From NCBI GenBank assembly GCA_963666345.1, contig OY762721.1:1760001-1824000 (forward strand): a stretch of 64,000 nt of DNA, given 5' to 3'. The DNA is from Desulfatiglandales bacterium. Its GTDB lineage: Bacteria; Desulfobacterota; DSM-4660; Desulfatiglandales; Desulfatiglandaceae. Positions 17,627 through 27,495 of this stretch are shown here, piece by piece (position 1 is the first letter of the stretch; each line of letters opens with the position of its first letter). The notes below the pieces were generated by a model that saw only the letters and a list, made by a program, of their open reading frames with translations, was not told where the DNA came from and did no database searches. Made by a program: the position numbers and the translations under genes.

Positions 17627-18427
17627 TTAGTACACGCAAAGCTCGGAAACAACCTCCTTGACGCCTTTCACAGCCTCAAGCACCGATTTGATCGCCTCTG
17701 ATTCATCTACTGTGCCTGCAAGCCCGCTTATAAAGACCTTGCCCTGTTCGGGCACCTCTATAAAAAGCAGATTTATATTGAAACCTTTTTCCATGAGGGC
17801 AGCCTTGGCCTTCTTTTTAAGGGACAGCCTGGCCATCGCATCCAGTGAATCCAGCCCGCAGTCGGAGACACGTTCCCTCACCATTGTTATTATCAGGCTG
17901 GCGGCATAGTCCCCTCCCAGCTTGTCGGTGTTGATCACCAGATCGTAAAGCGAAGAATCCTTCCAGTCCAGCTGGTAGGTATTCCTCATAAATTCGTCCC
18001 GTTCCCGGTCCGCTTTTTCTACTATTTTTTTCGCTTTCTGTTCACTCATGCCGGTTCTATCCGCAATCCGATTGATCCTGGTTGCCTCGGAGCAGCTGCA
18101 GAGCACATGAAACGCGCAGTCAAAGTCATGCAGGAGCACCTGGCTCGCATGCCCGACTATCACCGCTGAACCGCGGTTTGCCATGTCATAGACCAGCGAT
18201 TCCATCAGTTCACGAAACCGTTCAGGTTTGTGACTCAGGAGACGATCGAAAAACCCGGCCCGTTTTTCATCCAGATGTGCCATCTCATCGCCCGAAATAC
18301 CGATTTTGACCGCCTCATCCCTGAAGCGCTCATCATCGTAAAGTTCAAAATCAAGGGCCTCGGCGACCTTGTGCCCGATCATCGCCGCGCCGCTCCCGAT
18401 GGTCCGGGATATTGTAATTAACGACAT
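17627..18427 (-). CDS. cytidylate kinase-like family protein with C-terminal BON-like domain
   Basis: ITISRTIGSG, YDLVINT; C-terminus VFISGL...VKGVKEV. Confidence 0.85.
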   Translation of the reverse strand: MSLITISRTIGSGAAMIGHKVAEALDFELYDDERFRDEAVKIGISGDEMAHLDEKRAGFFDRLLSHKPERFRELMESLVYDMANRGSAVIVGHASQVLLHDFDCAFHVLCSCSEATRINRIADRTGMSEQKAKKIVEKADRERDEFMRNTYQLDWKDSSLYDLVINTDKLGGDYAASLIITMVRERVSDCGLDSLDAMARLSLKKKAKAALMEKGFNINLLFIEVPEQGKVFISGLAGTVDESEAIKSVLEAVKGVKEVVSELCVY

Positions 18428-18679
18428 ACTATTTATCCTCCTTAAGGATTGAATTTATCTGAAACATCTCCGATGACCTATTAACGGAAATTTAAACATA
18501 CAGCAAAACCTCTCCGAAACTCAACAGATTTTGGGTGTCAAACAGGGCAACTGGGGTCACCCATCCAGGTCTGACTTTGACCTATGCTTGAAATTAATGT
18601 AAGTTACCGCAGCATTAAACCCGTTACAGTTCGATAAACGGTATCATCCAAAGGGGCACGGATAGAAACTTCAAAAACA

Positions 18680-18924
18680 GGTTCTTCTCCAACCTAGTTG
18701 GTGAAGAGGGTCCAAGGACCCAAGGAGCCAAGGGTTCAAAAGTTTGTTTTCTATGGGCTTTACCAGCATTTTTAACAATTTTTTGATCTCTGTGTACCTT
18801 ATGTTATTTGAGGATTTTTCATTTATTCCATATACCTGAAAAGAGTTCGCAGGATTTCTGCAACAGCTTTAAATCTTTGTAATGCTTTAGCGTATCCGCC
18901 GTTTCAATGGAGCACTTGAATCCT
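18680..18924 (-). mobile_element. four-helix-bundle-derived miniature element (long class)
   Basis: Homologous to 52993-53240; end GGTTCTTCTCCAAC..AGTTG shared with 12582. Confidence 0.7.
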
Positions 18925-19051
18925 ATGAGCTCTCAGCCGCTTAAATAAGAAGAATTTCTTTATTTAACCCTGTTTAACGCCAACTAATCGGGAGATGATC
19001 CCAAAAACATAACAAAGCGTAAAGTGCGGCCTGGCCGTAAGATCTTGAATC

Positions 19052-19594
19052 ATGACGGATAAAGACCGGGAAAAATGGGACTCACGATACCTGAAGGAGA
19101 TGGGCGCCTCCGAGGCCTCCCAGATTCTGAAGGCCTTTTTCGGTCTTGCGCCCTGCGGCAACGCCCTGGACATCGCCTGCGGAAACGGGAGAAACAGCCT
19201 TTTTCTTGCCTCAAAAGGCTTTACCGTGGATGCGGTGGATGTATCTAAAGTGGCAACCGCTCATCTGAAGGGAAAAGATCCCAAAATAAATGTCATGCGC
19301 CGGGACATGGATACCTGGATAATCCCGCAAAACCGCTATGAGCTTGTTGTAAACATCCGTTTTCTGGACAGGCGCCTGTTTCCGATGATCAAGGAGGGAC
19401 TTAGAACAGGAGGTGTCCTGATTTTTGAATCATTTATCGGCGGGAAAAAGGATAAATATCGTCTCAGGCAGAACGAACTGATTCACGCCTTTCAGCCACT
19501 TCGCATAGTCTATTACGAAGAAAAAGAATCAGATCACGACAGGTTCGATCAAACAGCCTCACTTGTTGCCGTTAAAACGGACCCGGCCGTTTGA
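19052..19594 (+). CDS. class I SAM-dependent methyltransferase (TehB-like)
   Basis: DREKWDSRY and ALDIACGNGRNSLFLA. Confidence 0.9.
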   Translation: MTDKDREKWDSRYLKEMGASEASQILKAFFGLAPCGNALDIACGNGRNSLFLASKGFTVDAVDVSKVATAHLKGKDPKINVMRRDMDTWIIPQNRYELVVNIRFLDRRLFPMIKEGLRTGGVLIFESFIGGKKDKYRLRQNELIHAFQPLRIVYYEEKESDHDRFDQTASLVAVKTDPAV

Positions 19595-20113
19595 CCTCTG
19601 TTTCTTTTTTGCGGACCCGGCATAATAGTTTTTCAGGGAAGTGGGGTCGTTACCTTTTTCACGCAGCCGGATGCCCCCCTTTTCAAGGGTAATGAGCCTT
19701 TTTTTATACAGTCTGCCCACTGCGTTTTTGAATGTCTTTTTGCTTATGCCGAAAAGATCGGCGATTACCTTTGGCCGGCTTTTATCGGTGACCGCGATAA
19801 ACCCGCCCATCTGCCGCAGTTTGTCCATGATTTTCCTGGACTCGGAATAAATTGCCTTATAGCCCGGCTTCTGCAGGCAGAGGTCTATCTTTTTATCGTC
19901 GCGGATATTTTTGATAAACCCGTCGATTTCCCGGCCGATTTCAAGCGGCTGAAACACCTCGTTATTATACAGGACACCTTTGTGCGTGCCGTTTATGACG
20001 GCGATAAACCCCATCCTGGTTTTATCGGAGATAAGAAGCGCTACCTTCTGGCCCGCATGAAAATCCGCCTCTTCTTTTTGCTCCCCGACTTTTTTATGGG
20101 TATTTGTTACCAT
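19559..20113 (-). CDS. CvfB/YitL-like RNA-binding protein (S1 + winged-helix, C-terminal half only)
   Basis: GFIKNIRDDKKIDL and DKSRP..I...FGISKKTFKNAVGRLYKKRLI. Confidence 0.8.
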   Translation of the reverse strand: MVTNTHKKVGEQKEEADFHAGQKVALLISDKTRMGFIAVINGTHKGVLYNNEVFQPLEIGREIDGFIKNIRDDKKIDLCLQKPGYKAIYSESRKIMDKLRQMGGFIAVTDKSRPKVIADLFGISKKTFKNAVGRLYKKRLITLEKGGIRLREKGNDPTSLKNYYAGSAKKKQRSNGRVRFNGNK

Positions 20114-20375
20114 CGCATTTCTCCGGCGATTGGTGCCGGCCGGTGCCTGCTTACCGCTCCTCTGTTGACCCGGTCGGGTCTTTCTCATCTTCATCGGTTT
20201 AAACCGCCTTATTTACCGGCCTTGGCCGCCTTTTATCTCTTTCTTCTATTTCCTGAACCGGCATCGTCTGCCACGACCTTCGCTTCCCGTTAAATTCCGG
20301 GACCTGTAAAATCTCTGAATAACAGTGGATGAATCCCATCCGCCCCATGTAGGCCCTCATGGGGATGGATCATTA

Positions 20376-20411
20376 AAAAAGGCATCCCCCGTTTAACAGG
20401 TGATGCCTTTG
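20376..20411 (-). terminator. intrinsic terminator after cold-shock gene
   Basis: AAAGGCATC...GATGCCTTT stem with a U-tract on the minus strand. Confidence 0.7.
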
Positions 20412-20429
20412 ATTGTCCCAAAAAGCAGT

Positions 20430-20630
20430 TTAGATAACGGTCACATTGGCTGCAGAAGGACCCTTAGGTCCCTGCTGGATGTCAAAGCTAACTCGCTCAC
20501 CTTCGCTGAGGGATTTAAAACCGTTCGCATTGATTGCGCTGTGATGCACAAACACATCCGGTCCGTCTTCCTGTTCAATGAATCCGAAACCTTTTTGATC
20601 ATTAAACCACTTTACAGTTCCATTTGGCAT
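20430..20630 (-). CDS. cold-shock protein (CspA family)
   Basis: GTVKWFN..KGFGFI...DVFVHHS; 66 aa. Confidence 0.97.
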   Translation of the reverse strand: MPNGTVKWFNDQKGFGFIEQEDGPDVFVHHSAINANGFKSLSEGERVSFDIQQGPKGPSAANVTVI

Positions 20631-21098
20631 GATATCATCCTCCTTTCGATAAATTTCAATGTTACAGACTGAAGGATGATAACGTTTAAAAACTTATAAT
20701 CCAAGCAGAAAGAACCCCGCCCGCCGATTTCCGGCAGGACTTGTTTGATACCATACTTTAAGCACCTTTACGGTAATAGCAAGCCGGATATTCATTTTTT
20801 CTGCAACAAACAGTAAATGTGAAGGAATAAAAACAGATGGACACCCAGGTTTCCATCAGGAAACGGCCTGTTATCCATAAATTCTGACAATGGATTCAGG
20901 GCCGCAGGATCTGATCGGGGGAAACAGGGTTCAGGGGGTCACGAAACAGGACGTGCCGTCACGCAGGTCTTTTACCCTTTTTCTTAAACGCGCTTCCTCC
21001 AGGTAGGCCTTCTGGATCTTTTTGTTCGTCTTAAGCTCCGAGGCGGGCACTTAAACAATGAAGGCATTCCCTCTTACTATTGTCTTTGATGCGGCCGC

Positions 21099-22574
21099 AT
21101 GTTAACTTCCAGGGAGACGATTCAAAAACATCTTACAGGCGGTCTGGAAAAGAAGAGGCATGACGTGGACAGGATCAAAGATGTCCGGGACAAGGTAAGG
21201 AAGACACTTTCGGAGTACCGCATGATCCGTACCGGCGACAAGGTTGTGGTGGCCGTGTCGGGCGGACCCGATTCCGTATGCCTTATCCACATCCTGAACG
21301 AACTCAAAGGGGAATTCCAGATAGAGCTTGCGGTCGCCCATTTTGATCATGGATTGAGGCCTGAACAGGATAAATCAGAGACCCTGTTTGTAAAGGCGCT
21401 TGCAGAAAAACTGGGGCTCCCTTTTGATACTTCGAAAGCAGGCGACGCGCTTTCAAATAAAGACAATTCCCTTGAAGAGCGGGCAAGGGATGAAAGGTAT
21501 AAATTTCTTGAACTTACCAGGGCCGGCCGCTCGGCCCAGAAGATAGCCCTCGGTCACAACCTGAACGACCAGGCCGAGACCGTCCTTATGAGGCTTTTGA
21601 GAGGGAGCGGGCCTGCCGGTCTCGCAGGTATCCCTCCTGTAAGGGACGGGGTGATCATCAGACCGCTCATCGAAATTACCAGGCAGGAGATAGAGGAATA
21701 TCTCCTGGTCAGGGGAATCGAATCGGCAACTGATCCCTCCAACCGGGATACCAGATTTTTGAGGAACAGGATCCGCCACCGGCTCCTGCCGCTTCTTACC
21801 ACCTTTCAGCCTCGCATAGTTGAGATCCTGGGGAACAGCTCAAGGATAATAAGGGAAGACGACCTGTTTATGGAGTCGATAGCGGAAAAATGGGTAAAAG
21901 AAAACTCGACTGAAAAATCGCGAACCATCCTTTTCCCCCTTGCCCCTTACAGGGATCTGGCCGGCGCTCTTCAGCGCCGAATAGCCCGATCCTGCCTCAA
22001 AAGGCTTTGCAGCGGAAACCTTCGCAGGATAGACTCGGCGCACCTTGAATCGGTCAGGCGGATGGCATTGGGCCAAAGGCCGCAGGCGGCCTTGTCCCTG
22101 CCGAAGGGAATTACCGTCAGCAGGGTCTACGACACGATCCTTTTCAGAAGCAACATGGATGAGGCGGATCAGGGCCTTCAGGTCGTCATTGACGGAGAAG
22201 GAACATTTTCAATCGGTTCCGAAGGCTGGTCACTTTCCATTAAGGAGGTCGAAAAGGCGGATTATTCCCCTTCGGGACAGAGGGACGATGTCGAATATAT
22301 TAATGGAGACCTGATCAGGTTTCCCCTGCTGCTGAGAAATATCAGGCCTGGTGACAGGATAATTCCTTTGGGCATGAAGGGGCGAAAAAAGATAAAGGAC
22401 CTCTTTATCGATCTCAAGATTCCTTCCCTGAAAAGGTCTCGGACACCTGTCCTTTTCTCAAAGGACAGGGCCGTATGGGTCTGCGGCATAAGGCTGGATG
22501 ACCGTTTCAAGGTCACATCAGGCACCAAAAAGGTGTTTAAGCTCAGATACGGCGGGCCCTGTCACAAGGATTGA
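21099..22574 (+). CDS. tilS: tRNA(Ile)-lysidine synthetase
   Basis: VAVSGGPDS, HNLNDQAET, RNRIR and the TilS C-terminal domain; start uncertain. Confidence 0.96.
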   Translation: MLTSRETIQKHLTGGLEKKRHDVDRIKDVRDKVRKTLSEYRMIRTGDKVVVAVSGGPDSVCLIHILNELKGEFQIELAVAHFDHGLRPEQDKSETLFVKALAEKLGLPFDTSKAGDALSNKDNSLEERARDERYKFLELTRAGRSAQKIALGHNLNDQAETVLMRLLRGSGPAGLAGIPPVRDGVIIRPLIEITRQEIEEYLLVRGIESATDPSNRDTRFLRNRIRHRLLPLLTTFQPRIVEILGNSSRIIREDDLFMESIAEKWVKENSTEKSRTILFPLAPYRDLAGALQRRIARSCLKRLCSGNLRRIDSAHLESVRRMALGQRPQAALSLPKGITVSRVYDTILFRSNMDEADQGLQVVIDGEGTFSIGSEGWSLSIKEVEKADYSPSGQRDDVEYINGDLIRFPLLLRNIRPGDRIIPLGMKGRKKIKDLFIDLKIPSLKRSRTPVLFSKDRAVWVCGIRLDDRFKVTSGTKKVFKLRYGGPCHKD

Positions 22575-22582
22575 TCACGCAA

Positions 22583-23626
22583 TCAGCCTTTTTCACCAAG
22601 GAGTTTCCTGATGCCCCGGCCGTAGGGGGGCCTGACGATTCCCCTCTCGGTTATTATGGCGGAGACATATCTTGAAGGGGTTATGTCAAAGGCGGGGTTG
22701 ATTGCCCTGACCCCCTCCGGTCCAAGGAGTCTTCTCCCGATCCTTGATATCTCCTCCGGGGCCCTCTCCTCAACAGGGATAAGATCCCCGTTTTCCGTCA
22801 TGGGGTCGATCGTAGATACGGGCGCTGCAACATAAAAGGGGACATTATTTTCATGGGCCAGCACCGCGACCTGGTATGTGCCGATCTTGTTTGCCACATC
22901 ACCGTTTAAAGCGATCCTGTCCGCCCCTGTAACAACCAGGTCTATCTTTTTCCGGCGCATCAGAAAACCGGCCGCATTATCCGCTATCACGGACACGGGG
23001 ATCCCCTCTTCCATCATCTCGAAGGCCGTCAGTCTGAGACCCTGGAGCCAGGGCCTTGTCTCATCGGCTATTACGGCTATGTCCTTCCCTGCTTCACTGG
23101 CGGCCCTTATGACGCCGAGCGCGGTCCCGTAGCCCCCGGTTGCAAGAGAGCCCGCATTGCAATGGGTCAATATGGTTGCCTTCTCAGGCACAAGTGCCTG
23201 CCCGATCTTTCCCATCTCCCTGTTGATGCCTATGTCCTGCTCAAGCATCAACTCCGATTCCCTTCTTAAGGAGGCCGCAAGCTCATCGACCGGAACACCC
23301 GCCATATCCCGGGCAAGCCTGTTCATTCTTTCCACGGCCCACCTGAGGTTTACGGCAGTGGGCCTTGCCTCGATCATCTGCCTGCCCATTTTTTCGAACC
23401 TCATCATGAATTTGTCATGGGATACCGTCCCTATGACCCTGGCGCCCAGGGCAAGGCCCATTGCCGCGGCAACTCCGATGGCGGGCGCCCCCCTGATCAC
23501 CATTTTTTTTATCGCGGCTATGACGTCCCCGTATCCCCTGCAGTCATACCATCTGACAGTATTGGGCAGGACCCTCTGGTCTATCATCCTTACGATATTA
23601 CCGTGCCATTTTATGGTTGGGACCAT
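22583..23626 (-). CDS. mtnA: S-methyl-5-thioribose-1-phosphate isomerase
   Basis: IRGAPAIG, THCNAGSLATGGYGTA, DETRP and NKIGTY. Confidence 0.96.
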   Translation of the reverse strand: MVPTIKWHGNIVRMIDQRVLPNTVRWYDCRGYGDVIAAIKKMVIRGAPAIGVAAAMGLALGARVIGTVSHDKFMMRFEKMGRQMIEARPTAVNLRWAVERMNRLARDMAGVPVDELAASLRRESELMLEQDIGINREMGKIGQALVPEKATILTHCNAGSLATGGYGTALGVIRAASEAGKDIAVIADETRPWLQGLRLTAFEMMEEGIPVSVIADNAAGFLMRRKKIDLVVTGADRIALNGDVANKIGTYQVAVLAHENNVPFYVAAPVSTIDPMTENGDLIPVEERAPEEISRIGRRLLGPEGVRAINPAFDITPSRYVSAIITERGIVRPPYGRGIRKLLGEKG

Positions 23627-23888
23627 ATTATCCCCTCTTTGCGTCAGCTTGCCGGGCCTGGGATGTTGTCGGATTTTCACAAGGCATTCAAACGCCAGCA
23701 TAGCCCCTGATCTATTAAGGTGGAGGTGGGCGGATCCTGCGGGAAAATCCGTTTGCCCACGGCAGGCGGGCGTCTTTTAAAAAGCAGGGTGCCGAGGGAT
23801 CAGGTGAACAGAGGCACAAAAAGGTCATGCCCTTCCACTTGAATCCTCAAACCCTGGAGCAAATATCCTGAAGATAACCCTTAGCACA

Positions 23889-24962
23889 CTAATCGATACG
23901 TTCCATCCAGCCGCGTGAGTCATCCTTGTATCCATACTGGATGCCCACGATTTCGTCATAGAGTCTCTGGGAAAGTTCGCCCCTGTTTCCGCCTGCCACC
24001 ATGTAATCATTGCCCTTGTAGGTTATCTGGCCCACAGGAGATATGACCGCGGCCGTTCCCGTGCCGAATGCCTCTTTGAGCGTACCCTTTTCAGATGCCT
24101 CGACAACCTCGTCAATGGAAAGAAAACGTTCGGAGACCTTGAATCCCCAGTCGCTTACTATCTGCATGACCGAATCTCTTGTGACACCGGGCAGGATGCT
24201 TCCTGAAAGCGGGGCCGTGATTACTTCATCGCCTATGACGAAAAACATGTTCATGGTCCCCACCTCTTCGATATATCTGTGCTCGGCCGCATCCAGCCAC
24301 AGGACCTGGGTAAAGCCTTTCTCCTTCGCCTTTTCAGCGGCAAAAAGGCTTGCCGCGTAATTCCCGGCGGCCTTGGCCTCACCGGTCCCACCCTTGGGAG
24401 CCCTGACATGGAAATCTTCCACATATATCTTTACCGGGTTAAGTCCTTCCTTGTAGTAGGCCCCTACCGGTCCCAGTATGATAAAGAACAGGTAGTTATT
24501 TGAAGGCCGGACACCCAGGTGGGGTTCAGTGGCAATCATCGTGGGCCGGATATAAAGGGAGGTCCCCTCCGATCCGGGAATCCACTGCCTGTCAAGAAGT
24601 ATCAGCTTTTTCATCCCCTCCATAGCCAGGTCTATCTCAACCTCCGGCATACAGAGCCTTTTGGCGGACTGGTTGAGCCTCTCGAAGTTTTTTCTCGCCC
24701 TGAAAAGATGGACCCCGCCGTCTTTTCCGGCATACGCCTTCAGACCTTCAAATATCTCCTGACCGTAATGAATCGCCATGGCGGCCGGATCAAGGGACAG
24801 ATTCGCGTATGGCGCGATCCTGGGATCGAGCCACCCCTTTCCCGCCTCATAGTCCATCATGAACATATGATCCGTGGTTATATCTCCGAAACCCAGCCGG
24901 GATTCATCCTCCGGCTTGGGCTTCATCTGTTCAGGTTCGATTTCCTTGACTTTGATTTCCAT
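23889..24962 (-). CDS. ilvE: branched-chain amino acid aminotransferase
   Basis: HYGQEIFEGLKAY, YIRP, AKAAGNY and GTAAVISP. Confidence 0.95.
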   Translation of the reverse strand: MEIKVKEIEPEQMKPKPEDESRLGFGDITTDHMFMMDYEAGKGWLDPRIAPYANLSLDPAAMAIHYGQEIFEGLKAYAGKDGGVHLFRARKNFERLNQSAKRLCMPEVEIDLAMEGMKKLILLDRQWIPGSEGTSLYIRPTMIATEPHLGVRPSNNYLFFIILGPVGAYYKEGLNPVKIYVEDFHVRAPKGGTGEAKAAGNYAASLFAAEKAKEKGFTQVLWLDAAEHRYIEEVGTMNMFFVIGDEVITAPLSGSILPGVTRDSVMQIVSDWGFKVSERFLSIDEVVEASEKGTLKEAFGTGTAAVISPVGQITYKGNDYMVAGGNRGELSQRLYDEIVGIQYGYKDDSRGWMERID

Positions 24963-25372
24963 AGATTTCTCCTTTTTATGGTAATAATGTGATATTTCAT
25001 AGCACAAGCCGGACCTAAAGACAATACGGCCGATGCCGGTTCCACCATCGGGGCATGATCCCCGCCTCAGCGGCATTGTATCAAGTCCATTGATCTTCGT
25101 ATCAGGTCCGAATTAAGTGGAGGATTTTGATGTCACGCAACCATTATTGTCCATAAAAATCCGATATACCGCGAATCAAAGGCAACTATATTTTTCGTTG
25201 ACAAAATAAGGCCTCTTAGATTATTAGTTTGTTAATAAACTCAAAGGCTTTGGCACAGGGCCTTATCAGCGTCCTTTGAGTAACAGCGGCCGGTACCGGC
25301 CGTATGCGCGACCTTTTTTATTACCATATAATAAGGTTTATAATCAATAACCTCATAATAACTGATGAGGCC

Positions 25373-26005
25373 ATGAATAAATTATTTTCAAATTCCATTT
25401 CCATCTCTGTTTTTTCCCTGCTTATTATATTGTCCTGCTGGTCAACCGCCCTTGCCCAGGAGCCTAAAAAGATCCTCAGTATCGAGGCCTTTGACATGCT
25501 CAATACGGTCCCCGATACCTACATTATGGATGTAAGGACCAGGGCCGAGTACCAGTTCGTCGGGCACCCCTTAAATGCCTATCTGTTTCCCTATATGTTC
25601 ATGACAAATGAATTCGTCAAAAAAGACGAACAGTACTCCTACAGGTATAACCTGAAAAACAAGGACTTTGTCGAACAGATCGCGAATGTGTTCAAAAAAT
25701 CCGATAACCTGCTTATAATGGGTGCCGACGGAACAAGGAGTGACCCCGCGGCTAAAGAACTTATCGAAGCGGGGTTCAAAAATGTCTATGATGTTGAGGA
25801 CGGATTTGAAGGCTCGGAATTTCCCGCCTTCAAGGACAGCAACAAACACAAATTCTATCGTCAGCTGGCTAAGAGAAATAAGATTTACGGGTTCGGACAC
25901 AGGAGGCACTATGGATGGCAATGGTGGGGCCTGCCCTGGACATATGAAATAAACCCCAAATTTATCTACCCTCCGGATCTTTCACCTCCAAAGCAGAAAA
26001 AATAG
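25373..26005 (+). CDS. exported rhodanese-like domain protein
   Basis: Signal peptide; DVRTRAEY..VGHP, GFKNVY...GFEG and GLPW. Confidence 0.85.
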   Translation: MNKLFSNSISISVFSLLIILSCWSTALAQEPKKILSIEAFDMLNTVPDTYIMDVRTRAEYQFVGHPLNAYLFPYMFMTNEFVKKDEQYSYRYNLKNKDFVEQIANVFKKSDNLLIMGADGTRSDPAAKELIEAGFKNVYDVEDGFEGSEFPAFKDSNKHKFYRQLAKRNKIYGFGHRRHYGWQWWGLPWTYEINPKFIYPPDLSPPKQKK

Positions 26006-26178
26006 CAATGTTGGAGGCCACCCGGCCTTGTCTATGAATGAAACATGCCCGGCCTTTAAATAAAGAATCTTTTAATTCTCCTTTCGCGGTAAAGGATAAT
26101 CGCCCCGCTTAATGTTGACAAAATTGCTGCTCCGTATTAGTTTTCCTGTAAATATTGCCATGCGAAAGGAGAATTATA

Positions 26179-26502
26179 ATGGCTGACGTACTGCATGTAA
26201 CAGATGATAGCTTTGAGGAAGAGATACTGAAATCCGATATCCCGGCTGTGGTCGATTTCTGGGCGGAGTGGTGCGGCCCGTGTAAAATGGTGGGTCCGGT
26301 AGTTGAGGAGCTGGCCAAACAATACGCCGGCAAGATAAAGGTCGCTTCCATGGATGTGGATTCAAACCGACAGACACCCGGAAAATTCGGGATCAGGAAC
26401 ATTCCCACGCTTATCTTCTTCAAGAATGGCGAGGTCGCAAATACCGTGATCGGGGCACAGCCCAAGAGCGCCCTTGAAGAAGAAATTAACAAGCTCCTGT
26501 AG
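26179..26502 (+). CDS. trxA: thioredoxin
   Basis: VDFWAEWCGPCK. Confidence 0.97.
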   Translation: MADVLHVTDDSFEEEILKSDIPAVVDFWAEWCGPCKMVGPVVEELAKQYAGKIKVASMDVDSNRQTPGKFGIRNIPTLIFFKNGEVANTVIGAQPKSALEEEINKLL

Positions 26503-26572
26503 AATAACCGGCTGAAGGCATTTACCAGGCGTTTTTTTGATGCAGGTTTTTGCCTTTTTTGAGGAGAGCATC

Positions 26573-27487
26573 GTGGAAGATCTTGTAATAATAGGAGCAG
26601 GGCCTGCAGGTCTCACCGCAGGCCTTTATGCTGCCCGTGCGCGTCTTAAGACCGTCGTTCTTGAAAAGCTCTCACCCGGCGGACAGATATTAATGACCGA
26701 CTGGGTGGAAAATTATCCAGGTTTCCCTGACGGTCTCTCCGGATTTGAGCTGGTCGACAGGATGAAAAGACAGGCTGAAAAATTCGGCCTCAAAATCGAG
26801 AGCCATGAGGTAAAAGGACTTGAGCTTTCACCGGAAAAAAAGATTATAACCCATGACGGGGGCGTGCTGGAGACCAGGACCGTTATTATCGCATGCGGAG
26901 CAAATCCGCAGAAACTCGGCATAGAAGGGGAAAACCTGCTTACCGGAAGAGGCGTGTCCTACTGCGCTACCTGTGACGGCCCCTTTTACAGAGATCAGGA
27001 GGTCGCCGTTGTCGGCGGAGGAGATACGGCCGTTGAAGAGGCGCTTTTTCTCACCAAGTTCGCCTCCAAGGTCTTTCTGATCCACAGGAGGGATGAACTC
27101 AGGGCCACCAAGCTGCTTCAGGAAAGGGCAATGGCCGAGGAAAAGCTTGAAATCATATGGGACAGCATCCCTAAAAAGATAGTCGGGCAGAAAGAGGTGG
27201 AGGGGATTGATCTTTCCAACGTAAAGACGGGGCAAGGTTCTTTTCTGCCTGCCCAGGGTGTTTTTATCTTCATAGGCTACAGGGCGAACAGTAATTTTCT
27301 GGACGGAATCGTTCAACTGGATGAACATGGTTTTGTTGTTACCCGGGGAGATATGCAGACTTCGGTACCGGGAGTTTTCGCCGCGGGAGACATAAGATCC
27401 AAACTTCTCCGCCAGGTCTCCACCGCTGTAGGGGAAGGGGCGACAGCCGCCTTTGCCGCTGAAAAATACATAGACAACCATAAATAG
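26573..27487 (+). CDS. trxB: thioredoxin-disulfide reductase
   Basis: GAGPAG, GVSYCATCDG and GGGDTA; GTG start after GAGGAG. Confidence 0.96.
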   Translation: MEDLVIIGAGPAGLTAGLYAARARLKTVVLEKLSPGGQILMTDWVENYPGFPDGLSGFELVDRMKRQAEKFGLKIESHEVKGLELSPEKKIITHDGGVLETRTVIIACGANPQKLGIEGENLLTGRGVSYCATCDGPFYRDQEVAVVGGGDTAVEEALFLTKFASKVFLIHRRDELRATKLLQERAMAEEKLEIIWDSIPKKIVGQKEVEGIDLSNVKTGQGSFLPAQGVFIFIGYRANSNFLDGIVQLDEHGFVVTRGDMQTSVPGVFAAGDIRSKLLRQVSTAVGEGATAAFAAEKYIDNHK

Positions 27488-27495
27488 GTATTTTC

